In this document: positions 29,374 to 40,523 of the stretch, piece by piece | Position numbering within the stretch: position 1 is the first letter of the stretch | How the letters are laid out: every line of letters begins with the position of its first letter | Source of the DNA: Selaginella moellendorffii | Taxonomy: Eukaryota; Plantae; Lycopodiophyta | NCBI RefSeq assembly: GCF_000143415.4 | Contig: NW_003314270.1 | Span: 1,481,048 to 1,545,047, forward strand | Length of the DNA: 64,000 nt | Direction: 5' to 3' | The notes under the pieces: generated by a model | Databases searched by the model: none | Seen by the model: the letters and a program-made list of their open reading frames with translations, nothing else | Told to the model about the DNA's origin: nothing | Program-made: the position numbers and the translations under genes

Positions 29374-29489
29374 GTCTAGTTCTCCGTTTCTCTGGTCAAT
29401 TTTTTTCTTCCGGGGGTCAACACCGGGTCAGCGATCGTATATATATATATATATCTTCGACTTATGGGGTCCAGACAGCAGCAGCAGCT

Positions 29490-30815
29490 ATGGGGGAGGT
29501 TGTCAATCCCGCTGTGAAGCTCGGCATCCTGGGATGCGCAAGCATTGCCAGAAAGGTTTCCAGAGCAATTCTACTAGCAGGGGCCGGGGTTGAGCTCTAC
29601 GCGATTGCCAGCCGGTCCCTGGAAAAGGCACAGGAGTTCGCCAAAGCCAACGGATTCCCCTCTTCGGCTAAAGTCTATGGCAGCTACGATGAACTCCTGG
29701 ACGACGACGCCGTGGACGCCGTCTACGTTCCTCTGCCGACGGGGCTCCATTTGGAATGGGTGCTCAAAGCGGCTGCCAAGGGGAAGCACATTCTGCTGGA
29801 GAAGCCACTGTCGCTCAACAACGAGGATCTGGACAAGATGGTGGACGCCTGCGAGAGCAAGGGGCTGCAGCTCATGGACGGGACTATGTGGATGCATCAC
29901 CCGCGGACCGAGCGCATGCACAAGGATTTGCAGGCTCTCGGGGACATCAAAGAGGTACTTTTCTCCTTCCGAAAGTTCTCTCTGTTTCGCTTCTTGTTTC
30001 CATGCCAGGTGTTCTTGAGCTACAGTGCTTTAGATCTTTTGAGCTTGCTGTAGCGTTCATTTGGCTCCTTCTGTTTGTCTTTTTTCACCATCTTTGATTC
30101 ATCGTGATCCAAACTCATTTTTTTCTTTACTTTTTTAACTCCACAGGTCCGGTCGACTTTCAGCTTCCCGGCTCAAATCCTCTTCCCGGGCTTCCTCAAG
30201 AACAACATCCGAGTGAAAGCCGGGCTGGACGAGCTGGGGGCGCTGGGCGATATCGGCTGGTACTGCATCCGCGCCATCTTGTGGGCGCTCGACTACCGCC
30301 TCCCGGATCTCGTGACGGCCTTGCCCAACGCCACCATCAACGGGAGCGGCGTGATCACCGCCTGTTCCGCGAGGATGGTGTGGATAAAAAAGAATCGCCA
30401 GGACGAACAGGACGAACAGGAAGAGGACGAGACAACAGTGGCGACATTTAGCTGCTCCTTCCACGCCTTCATGACGATGCACGTCACGGTGCAGGGCACG
30501 ACGGGCGCGCTCGCGTGCGACGACTTCGTCATACCCTTCAGCGACGCGCGGGCTGCGTACCGGGTGCTGTCCAATGCCGGGTTCGCGGACATGGACCTGA
30601 CGTGGCGGCTGGAGTCGCGGGACGTGGTGGTGGACAACGAGGTGCCGCAGGAGGCGGCCATGGTGCGCGAGTTCGCGAGGATCGTGTCCGGGATCAAGCG
30701 CGGTGGCGGCGCGGTGGAGCGCGGGTGGCACGACAAGGCCAAGAAGACGCAGGCGGTGCTGTGCGCGGTGAGAGACTCCATCGCTGCGGGATACAAGACG
30801 ATTTCACTGTCCTAG
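29490..30815 (+). CDS. Gfo/Idh/MocA family oxidoreductase (At4g09670-like), 2 exons
   Basis: GILGCASIA, DAVYVPLPTGLH, KHILLEKP, MDGTMWMHHPR, GALGDIGWYCI. Confidence 0.93.
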
Positions 30816-31046
30816 GACAATGCGTCGGTACTACCCCTTCAAAAATAACAGTTACCGTGCTTTAGACGTGCTATTAAAAAAATAAAACCATCACCTTCGT
30901 ATTATTAAACAAAAAGTTGGACCGTACTATCACAACAAAAATTTACAGTGTCTCGAAGTATAAGTCATATTCCAACCCACGTTTATGCCCTAATCCTTGC
31001 TAGTCGAGGTTAGGGCAGGTTTAGTCCGAGTTTAACACAACCCACT

Positions 31047-33245
31047 CTAATTTAAACTTTGGATTCCAAACGATGCCTTTGGCGGCAAAATAGAGGAGAG
31101 CGTCTCGGCCACCATGGCCATGGACGGCCTCAGCACGGCCTCTTGCAGGGCGCAACACTTCCAGATCTCGCGCAGCCGTTGATCTTCCGCGGGCGCGCCA
31201 TCGCCGCCGTCGAGCAGCGCCGCAACAATGGCGCCAAACGCGCGCACGTCATCGCTGGGGTTTGGGGGCGGCCGGCGCATGAGGGAGGCCAGGCCATAGC
31301 GCGCCAGCCTAGGGCTCGAGCTCCCGCCGTGATCCAGGTCCAGGAGGACGTTCCCGGGGACGAGATCGCCGTGGACGCCTCCATTGGCGTGGAGGAAGGC
31401 GAGGCCTCTCGCGATTCCCAGCAGGATCTCCTTCTTGGCGCTCCATTCCAGGGTCGGGTGCTCCAATCCAGGGTTCTTGAGGATTTCGTCTAGCGATCGG
31501 CTGCCGCTGGTGCTGCCGTCGTAGATGATGTAGCGCTTCTTGCCGTGGATGCAGTAGCCGAGCAGCGCCACCAGGTTGGAGTGGCTTCCCAGGCGAGCGA
31601 TGTCGGCCAGCTCGGCCTGGAATTCCCGCGGCGAGCATCCCTGGAGCTGGACGACCGATATTCTCCGGGTGTTCTTGGCGGATTCGATCTCGGAGAAGGG
31701 GAAGCGCTTGGGAAGACCTGAGATCGTCTCCAAGAAGGCCTCCTCGTCCGAGTGGTGATTCACCTCGCCCTTGTTCTCGTCCCTTCGTCTGGATCGGCGG
31801 TAATAGCAGGCGAAGATCAAAGCGGCGATGGCCAAGAGCACAGCCAGCACGAGGATGGAGATTTGCAGGGCTCTCGAGGTATGGTGCGATCGGCCTCTCT
31901 TGGCGATCCGGATGAATCCCAGGTTGTGCGGGTTGGAGCTGGGCAGCATGCTTCGGATGGAACCCGTGTGGAAGCAGACGCTGGAATCGTTCCGGAAGAA
32001 GAAGGCCTTGCACGAGCAATTCCCGAGGCACAAGGCGCGGCATTCCTCCAGGGTCACTGTGGATACACCAAATGCCGCGACGACAAATCGGATCGCGAAG
32101 TAGTCCACGCCCTGGATCATCAGGAAATCATCCTCTGACGAGTTCTTGGACCGAGTCTCCATGCAAGAATTGGCATCCGCGGCATCACTCCGGCATCCTT
32201 TCGCGGCGTCTCGCGAATCCACAGGCAGGAAGGCGATGGTGGAGTTTCCATCTGCAGTTACCCCGACCGGGCATTTGCAGCTCTTGTTTTGGAGCTCGGA
32301 AGAGCAGATGCCATAGCTTCCGCAAGAATCCGGGAACTCACAGGGATCTCGGAGAGCAGCATAGTCTTCCACCATCCGGCCGCCCTGCCAGTAGTAGACG
32401 CGGAGGTTTCCATCGGGATCCAGGCGAGCTCGCCGGGTGAAATTCGTGGACGCCCTGTTCAAGCTCGAGAATGGCACGAAGTGGACGCGAGTTTGCTCGC
32501 TCTGGTAGAGGCCGATGTAGCCCTCGGGCTGGATTCGCATGTAGATGGTGGATCCGGTGCCATTGTCGTGCTCTTTGAGCGCGGCCTCGGTCCAGTATGG
32601 CTCGGAGCCTGCCAGGAGGAGTATCCGATCTCCCTGGAGCTGGAGCGAGTAGGATCCGGAGCGTGGATCTTGGTTGGAGATGGAGGAGACGAGCCGCATG
32701 GCCTGGGTGAAGTTCTGGCCCTGGAGCAGCGTGTCTGTTGGGTGATCGAAGCTCTGCCACACCACGCCAGCTTGATCATCGCTTGGAGGACTAGACGACG
32801 ACGATCGAGAAACGAGTCTCAAGTTCCCGGAATCCAAGAGCTCGAGAAAGTCTCCGCTCGAGGAGGAAGAGGGACTAGTGGTGGATGACGAGGAATTCCA
32901 CTGGACGTTTTGGTGGATGGTGACAAGGAGGGAGCCGGAGAAGAGGAGCTCCGGGGTAGCACGGAAGGGATCGTCTCTGTTGGCCATCCAGATGGTGTCG
33001 AGCGGCTGCGAATTGGCATTCATCCCAGCGACGGCGAGCGCGAAGTATCCTGTTGCTGGATCTCGCGAGAAGCCAGCGGCGAAGTCCCTGTTGGAGCTGA
33101 CGAGGAAGGCCGAGAAATCTCCAGCGCCTGCTGGTGGGCTGAAGCGAAATCCTCTGGGGACCGAGCCGACGCTCTGCGCGGCGGGGGAATGGAGGTGGAG
33201 GAAGAAGATGAGGCCGCCATAACAGAGCTTGGCGAGGCTCTCCAT
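31047..33245 (-). CDS. G-type (B-lectin/EGF/PAN) S-domain receptor-like protein with a degenerate kinase domain
   Basis: Signal peptide, IWMANRD, WQSFDHPTDTLL, C...C..NCSC PAN motif, TM helix, then a shortened kinase. Confidence 0.9.
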   Translation of the reverse strand: MESLAKLCYGGLIFFLHLHSPAAQSVGSVPRGFRFSPPAGAGDFSAFLVSSNRDFAAGFSRDPATGYFALAVAGMNANSQPLDTIWMANRDDPFRATPELLFSGSLLVTIHQNVQWNSSSSTTSPSSSSSGDFLELLDSGNLRLVSRSSSSSPPSDDQAGVVWQSFDHPTDTLLQGQNFTQAMRLVSSISNQDPRSGSYSLQLQGDRILLLAGSEPYWTEAALKEHDNGTGSTIYMRIQPEGYIGLYQSEQTRVHFVPFSSLNRASTNFTRRARLDPDGNLRVYYWQGGRMVEDYAALRDPCEFPDSCGSYGICSSELQNKSCKCPVGVTADGNSTIAFLPVDSRDAAKGCRSDAADANSCMETRSKNSSEDDFLMIQGVDYFAIRFVVAAFGVSTVTLEECRALCLGNCSCKAFFFRNDSSVCFHTGSIRSMLPSSNPHNLGFIRIAKRGRSHHTSRALQISILVLAVLLAIAALIFACYYRRSRRRDENKGEVNHHSDEEAFLETISGLPKRFPFSEIESAKNTRRISVVQLQGCSPREFQAELADIARLGSHSNLVALLGYCIHGKKRYIIYDGSTSGSRSLDEILKNPGLEHPTLEWSAKKEILLGIARGLAFLHANGGVHGDLVPGNVLLDLDHGGSSSPRLARYGLASLMRRPPPNPSDDVRAFGAIVAALLDGGDGAPAEDQRLREIWKCCALQEAVLRPSMAMVAETLSSILPPKASFGIQSLN

Positions 33246-33766
33246 GCTGTGCTTTGAAAGCGCTAGCGGCGAGAGGAGAGGACGAGGACAAATAAAGATC
33301 TCGAGGGAACTTACGAGCGATTACATCAGGAGCCAGCAATGATCCATCATCCGTGCGTGACCTACGGGCGAGCCCAACCATAGGCCGCTCGGGGCTACCA
33401 AAGTCAGCCATTGGCAATTTCGTGTCAACTCCATAGCGGGCTTCTTTGTCCTTCTTTCCGGCTGTATTAATGTTGAGATGCGCCACCCAACAGGCGCGAG
33501 AAAAGAAAAAAAAAGGCTGCTTCTTGGGCGTTGACTTTTGCTGCCCCGGACGGGACGGGGTCAAATGTCAACGCACCAATCGCGAAAAGAAAAACAGTAA
33601 CAAAACAAAACGGGGGCGCCGTTTGACTCGTGGCAATTGGATTTTAAAAGACCAACCCCGCCATATGTGGAAATGGTAAAACCCGCTGACCACGTGGCAT
33701 TTGACACTTTTTAGGGTTTTGTGAAGGATTTGGGGGTTGGACAGCTGGCTTTAGGGTTTGCGGATC

Positions 33767-34932
33767 ATGGCTGTAGAGAGCGCTTCCACCGACGGTGCGG
33801 GGCTTCTTCGTGTGGAGCCTCGCGAGTTGCAGTTCCCGTGTGAGTGGATCTAGCGGAATTTCGCTTGTGTTCTGGATCTGAATCTTTCTTTTTTGGCGGC
33901 TGCGATGAACAGTCGAGTTGGATCGGCAATTGTCGTGCAAGCTTAAGCTGGGGAATGACACCAAGCATTATGTTGCTTTCAAGGTATCAAGCTTCTTCGT
34001 TTGATCTAGAATCTCTTGTTTGCTGTTAGTTTTTGTTTGATCGAGAGTGTCTTGTTTCTTGTTAGTGCTTGTTTGATCGAGAATTTCTTGCTTGTTGTTA
34101 TAGTTAATGTTTGACCGAGGATTTCTTGTTTGTTGTTGCAGGTTAAAACAACATCTCCCAAGAGTTTTTGTGTAAGTCCCAGCACGGGTGTGCTCCAACC
34201 ACGGAGCGCTCTTGAAATTAGTGGTAATCCTCTGCCTGTATAAAAATCTTGGCTCTTTCCATAAGAGAAACTTGTTGCAGTTACTATGCGAGCACAACAT
34301 CGAAAACCGGTGGACGGGCAGAGCAAAGACAAGTTTTTGATCCAAAGTGTTGTTGCTCCGGATGAATTCCTGGCGAGTGACATCAACCAGGAAATGGTAA
34401 GTCGTGGCGATTTTTCTCTTCGCAGCTTTGATGGCGATGCAGTTCACAAAAGACCTGGGGAACGAGATCTTCGAGACCAAGATGAGGGTGTCATTCGCGT
34501 TCCCTGCGAAAGAAACGAGCAATGGAGCTCCGCCGAATTCTCATGACGTAAGTGTTTATCAGCTTCTCACTTTTTTTTACGTTCTTCCGCCGTTCTTCCA
34601 GGCTGGTTATCTGAAGGAGAAAATCCAAGAGGTTTGAGCTGTCATTCCTTATTTTCCTCGTTGTCCTAGCTCACTTTATTTGCAGGTAAATGCGGCTTTG
34701 ACAACCGTTTCGGAAGAACGAAACGCCGCTGTTGCATTGAGCCAACGCTTGCAGCAAGAACTGGTAACACATGAAACTTGCGTTGCTTGCAGCGACTGTA
34801 GCTTTGTTTCTTCAGGAAAGTTTGACAGCAAACAGGAACCGATCGGCCGCACAGAACGCTGGATTCTCCGTCCTGGTAGTCCTCCTGGTCGCTCTCCTTG
34901 GCATTGTGCTTGGATTCCTGCTTGGCACATAG
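33767..34932 (+). CDS. VAP27: VAMP-associated protein (VAP27, MSP domain, C-terminal TM)
   Basis: P.EL.FPFEL, YVAFKVKTTSPK.FCV.P, KDKFLIQSV, coiled coil and TM GFSVLVVLLVALLGIVLGFLL. Confidence 0.88.
34000..34135 (+). repeat. Degenerate ~35-39-bp tandem repeat (x4) in a VAP intron
   Basis: Recurring tttgatcgaga.t.tcttgttt unit. Confidence 0.6.
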
Positions 34933-35068
34933 CAGTAGTATCTCTTTCGGACTTGGTATGCACTCCAAAAAGCAGGCTGCGTGTTATATAATCGACTCTA
35001 CAAATTCTTTTCACCGCGTTCCCAGATGTTTCTACATCCTGTGTTCTCTAGTGTGTGTGAGAGAGAGG

Positions 35069-35766
35069 TCACGCAAGCCGGCCAAGCACGAGCGCCGCTG
35101 CTAGAACCCACGCAAGCTGGAAGCCCCGAAGCGAGGCGGGGGCGGTGGCGGAGGAGTCCGCCGGTGGTGATGGTGGCGGTGGTGGCGGAGCAAACTTATC
35201 AAAGTTGGGAAAGTTTAAGTCGTCGCCGTCGTCACTTCCATCCTGGGGAGAAGGCGCAGCCTTTGGCGTGGCTGGCAGTCCCTGGCCAAAGCTAACCTGG
35301 ATCGCGAATCTCATTCCCGAGTCTCGGCAGTGGGAGCCATCGTCGGCGGAGCAAAAGAAGTACGTAGTGCCGGTGGTGGTGAGCATCACGGTACTGGAGC
35401 CGCTCGAGGACCAGATCTTGAGCGTCTCGTCGTCGGCAGTGGCGTCGCACGACTGGTAAGTCGTCAGATTGTTGGTCTGGACGACAGTGTGGCTGGGATC
35501 ATATCGAAACACTGCCGAGAAGAAAAGAGAACTTTTCTTTTAGTGCTCGCTAGCTAGCTTGAGAGAGGCTTACCCAGTGAATCTCCGAGCGAGGCTGTCA
35601 AGCTGGAAGCCCAGGCGGTGTAATTCACGATGGTGTTGCTCGCCGTTGGGATGGTCCAGCCAGTGTCGCCCCCGACAATGTAGGTGGTGTAAGCTCCCAC
35701 GAGCTGGGACGCGATTTGGATCCACAGTGGCACAAGCAGCAGCAGCAGCGGCGACGAGTTCCTCAT
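35069..35766 (-). CDS. Phytocyanin (uclacyanin-like, Met axial ligand), probable GPI anchor, 2 exons
   Basis: Signal peptide, Y.VGGDTGW, HTV, FFC...HC...GM, Pro-rich linker and hydrophobic tail. Confidence 0.88.
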
Positions 35767-36102
35767 CTCTTGGAGATTGGAACTTGGAAACCGGTGGCCC
35801 TGCTCGCCGCTTGATCGCTTTGCTCTGCCTGTTGGTCCGTAGAGATGAATCTACTCCTGCTCGCCACGACGGTGATAGTTGTGAAAGTGTCGCTTTTAAA
35901 TTGGCTCCGACGTCACGTATGACAGGCCACGTCCTTCTCGCGGGTCCACTCTCGCTTTCAGCTGGAGGAGCTTTATACTTCATGTTGCGCGGTAGTGTTT
36001 TCCGTTTCTTCCATGTTCTTCCCTCTCGGTCGATTTGTCTCTAGGCTTTTGTCGTGAAACGCGGCTGGCTGGTTCTTATTGCACAAAGCGCCGAGGGAGT
36101 TA

Positions 36103-37704
36103 CTATCCTCCAGCCGAGCTCGCGGATCCTGGCTCTCGTTCCAGAATGTCCGCCTCGTTCTTCCAGTCGAATTCTCTAGCAGCCCGATCCACGACGGTCG
36201 TCGCGATTGCCAGTGATGAGGTGCAAGCCGGCGATGGAGCGTTCCTTACGTTGAGAACTCGACCAGCTTTGCCGCTCTCGAACAGAAAGTCGCTGATGAT
36301 TTTCCCTGTGTCGTCGATGGCGACGGCGTGGACTCCTGCCCAGCCTTTGGTCGTGTGTTCTACTTTCAGACTCGGGCAGTACCTGCGGCGACAACAGTTC
36401 GTGAACTATTCATTATTGACGATTCTGATACCTCTGTGCCTCCCCGACGAATGCTTTAATGTTGACGTCTCGCCAGATCTCTTGGAAAACGATCTTGGGA
36501 TTGCCAAGAACAAGCTTCCACAGGCCCTTGGTAGCAGCAAACGTGAGCGCGTCCTTGATGTTCAAGTTCCAAAATGCATAGCCTTCTTTCGAAAGTGCTA
36601 GAGCCGAGTTTGGGCCTATGAGCACCCGTCCATCAACACGAGGTGTCAAATGCACGCCAACCATGGGGAACCTGTTCGCTGCTCGAGATCAATTCTCTAG
36701 AAACAAAACACAAAATACTTACTTCGGATCGGGTACCGGATAGATATTGCGCTTGACGAGCTTCCGGTACTCGGGCTTTAGCTCATGATAATTCCCACGA
36801 AATGGAAGAACAGTCGGTCCCTTCGCACCACCGGCCAAGCGTGCTACGTAGTCAGAATGGAGCCCGGCACAAGTGATGAGCCACTTTGCCTTCACAGTCT
36901 CATTCCTCTGACTTGTAAGTTCCACACCTCGGTTCTCATCGGCATCGATCTTCTTCACTTCAAAACTACGCCCAAGATCGAGCTAGTGTCACGAAACTAG
37001 GCAAAAGAAAGAAAGAAAGAAAGAAAGAAATGGTGGCGACTTACTTGGTGTGAATTTCACCCCTCCCACTGTGAAGAAAGTCTCGAGCATACGATCGTCC
37101 CACAGCAGCATAGTCCACAATGCCAGTGTTGGGCGAATGAAGAGCTTGGAGGCAGCGAACGTTGGGTTCCAGCTCTTGTACCTGGTGTCCATCAAGCAAC
37201 TCTATGCCTTGTACCTTATTGGCAGTAGCTCGCTCGTACAAATTCTTTAGAATGGGGAGCTCCTCCTCGGCAGTGGCAACGATCAGCTTGCCCACCCTCT
37301 CATACGGCAGCTTGTTCGATTCGCAGTACTCGTACATACGGCGAGCTCCATCTACGCACAGCTTCGCCATCGCGCTGCCGGGCTCGTAGTAGATCCCGGC
37401 ATGAATCACTCCACTGTACACTGCAAGCTCAATCAAAACCCAGGAAAGAGAAATATTTCGATCGATTGATCGATCACCTGTTGTGCGACGTCTGGTGAGG
37501 GACTAGATCCTTCTCCTTCTCCACCACTGTGACGCTCGCCCAGGGAAATCGCGAGACGATCTCTCGCGCTGTAGCTAGCCCTACAATCCCCCCGCCAACG
37601 ATCGCGACATCGGATTCCTTGCCGGAGAGAGCGCTCATCCATCGCGGCTGGCGTGGATTGAAGCGATTCCTCGCCGATCTGGGCAAGATCCGAGCTGCCG
37701 CCAT
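36103..37704 (-). CDS. L2HGDH: L-2-hydroxyglutarate dehydrogenase, mitochondrial
   Basis: [58 protein letters not shown]. Confidence 0.93.
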
Positions 37705-37850
37705 CGATCCCTCGCCACTCCCACGAAGACCCACGAGAAAACACCAAGAAACAAAATTGGGACGCCAGTTGGCACGCATTTATTTGCTCGGCAAGGTAAA
37801 GGTTTTATTCCGGATTATCACTACTACAAGTTTAGTACTAGTCTCATGCT

Positions 37851-38372
37851 TTAGTATGTGGATCCATTATATCCAACATTGCTTCCCTGGATCATCGAGA
37901 AAACGACCAGATCAAAGAGTGTTTGCTCCAAAAATCACGAGAATTTCCAGAAGAGAAGCTCGAGAAGTGACAAAAGATGATAAAAATCTCACCTTGACAT
38001 CGTAGAACTTGATGTAGAACCTGGAAGGCGGCACCGAGAGCCTGGACTCGAGGATCCCAGCAAGAGCTTTGCTGACTTTGCGATTCGAGTCGGGTGCGAT
38101 CGCTCCGATGGAGACGAGCTCGCCATACGCCGCCGCTTCTCGGCTGCCCCCAAAGAGGATTGGAACTCGATCATTCAAAAGCACCATCATGCTCTAGAAG
38201 TTTGAGCGACAAAGAGTTAGACAAGGAAATCTGGGAGCAACGATCCATGATCAGAGCTTACACTCTCGGGCTTGCCAAGAACTCGGGCCACCGCGGCTGT
38301 GGCCTCCTGGAGAATGTAGAATGAGGTGCTGCTATCCACGCTTGTGTTGGTGCTAATGGTGAGAATCGGCAT
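37851..38372 (-). CDS. MDL: Macrophage migration inhibitory factor-like (MDL) tautomerase, 3 exons
   Basis: MP.L.ISTN (catalytic Pro), LGKPES, FGGS.E.AAYGEL.SIG, RFYIKFYDV, G.NGST. Confidence 0.92.
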
Positions 38373-39169
38373 GATTTCTTTCCCCTCGCGAGTGTTGCAA
38401 AGGCAGAGAAAGAAAGGTCTTCTCGAGCTCGAGAAGGAACTAGCAAGCAGCAATGCGAAGAAAAGAATGCCTTTGATCTCACAATGTCACGAAGAGGCCT
38501 TTTTATTCGGCTCCTGGAGCCACTGTAGTAGTCTCTCGCCTTTGTACCGCCAAAAGCTGAAAGATATTCGGAAGCTTTCCAGGCATATCCGTGGGGACCA
38601 AAGTACCAATACCTGTACTCGCGATGCCACACTGCGCGTCGCGAGCAAATGCGACCCAATCCATTCGATTAATGAGTCCAACCAGCACCTGAGGCAAATG
38701 GAACCCTAAACTATTGTGAAACCCTAAAATCTAGCGGTTTCCACGTCAGCAATGCATTGGGTTCGAATCTCTCTAGAGAAAAATTCGCTTGTCCCACGCG
38801 TGGAAAATTCATAATGGTATGAAAACAAAGAGACATTAAAGAGGAGATGCCTGCGTCAAAACAAAGACGCAGTTGGCTAAAACGTGAGAAGAAAAGAGGG
38901 GAAAAGAATGTGCGCCGGGGAAGGGATTCGAACCGGCCACCGCTTGGCCGCATAGACGTTATATTTAAATCCGGTTCTCATGTCCGTAGAAGCTCTCTTC
39001 TTCTTGGCCTAACGAAGGCGGGATACTTTCTTGACGCCGCCGCGCCCGGGAGGCGATCGATCGCGCGCTCTCTCCTCCACGATATTTCCTAGCTGCGCTG
39101 ATTGATCGATCAATCGACCGCCTGGATCCGCTGCCGTGCGTAAGACGCAGGGAAGTGGCAGTGCGCACA

Positions 39170-39872
39170 ATGCCTTCGTGGCGTTCTTCCTCCTCCTCGG
39201 CGCTCGTTGTGCTTCTATCCGCGCTGCTGTTCCTTGCCTCCCAGGATCGCGCGGAGGCGGTCCAGTTCGTGGTAGGGGGCAGCGCTGGCTGGACCTTGCC
39301 CTCGTTCGGCCATGTCAATTACACACAGTGGACGCTCGGCAACAGATACCATCTCGGCGACACTCTCGGTAAGATTCCTCTCCTCCGTCCTCCAAAATCT
39401 CTCGATCTCTCATTCCTCTGCTCGATCGGCTTCCCTCTTCTCGCTATGCCATTGCTTTGATCGAACAATGACCGATCCGGGGCTTTGATCTCTCGCAGTG
39501 TTCAACTACTCCAAGGATTTCCACAACGTGCTGGCGGTGAGCAAGGCGGATTTCATCGCTTGCAGCACCGCCAATCCGATCGCCACATTCCAGGACGGGC
39601 ACACCATCATCAATCTGGACACCACGGGCCCGCATTTCTATGTTTGTGGAGTGCCGGGCCACTGCGGCCAGGGCCAGAAGCTCCTGGTGGTGGTACGGAA
39701 GCCGCGGGTCGGGCGCCACCATGGCCCATCCCCGTCGCCGCTACCGGGCGCCCTCCCCGCCGTACGGAACCCGGGCAATGGACCGGCCGAGGGGCCTATG
39801 AGCGCCGCCAGCGCCGTACCGTGGACGTGGGCCACGGCCGTACTCGCGGTCGCGGCGGTGCTGGCGTTATGA
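39170..39872 (+). CDS. Phytocyanin (stellacyanin/mavicyanin-like, Gln axial ligand), 2 exons
   Basis: F.VGGSAGW, HNVL, CGVPGHC..GQK and hydrophobic C-terminus. Confidence 0.9.
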
Positions 39873-40523
39873 GGGGCGCCGCATTTCCGGTTCTTGGCGG
39901 GATTTTTTGTTCTCTTTTGCTGCCACCACCCCCACGGCCGTTCTAATTTAAAGCTCTATCCTTTTCTTTGCTCGTTGCGTTGCGTAGGGTGGAAGCGAAT
40001 TGACTGGGGGGATCTATGGAAAATCTCTGTGGCTTTAATGAGTGTTGTGTGTGTTTGGTGTGAAACAAAATCTTGTTGTGTTAGTTCGAGGAGGTGGCCT
40101 TTAAAAAGTCTCGCCCTGCCAGACTTTAAGGTGTGAAAATCACGGCAAAAGCTTTTCTTGTGATTGTGATTTTGAGGGAGTTGCTTGCGGTGGTGCTATG
40201 ACGCTAAGTTCCACTGATCGTGGTGGCGGTGGTGGCAATTCTAGACTCTCGATTGCCTTCCACCGGCCATTTCATCATAGCTAAGTTTATTTCATCCATG
40301 TAAAATGTGAAAATAGCGTAAACACGAGACGAAAATTAAGTTACCTCGCTCTTTCAGAGTTTTTGTCAACGCGAAAACACAAAACCCGACTTTTGATCGC
40401 TCAGAGATATTATTTCTTGCTCGCGCCCTACAAACAAAGCAACAACAAGATCTGTGTTTCAAGTGAATCCACCAAATTAAACTTAGACAAAGCCTTACTT
40501 CGCCAAAACATTTCGCTCCGTTG

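Noticed and set aside
29115-30053. FAM91A1-oxidoreductase fusion suggested by the extended ORF
   Set aside because: The upstream part overlaps the last FAM91A1 exon in another frame, and the alternative acceptor near 29123 leads to an immediate stop.
38905-38990. tRNA-like sequence (GGTTCGAATCC on the minus strand)
   Set aside because: T-stem does not pair and no cloverleaf forms. At most an isolated B-box or tRNA relic.
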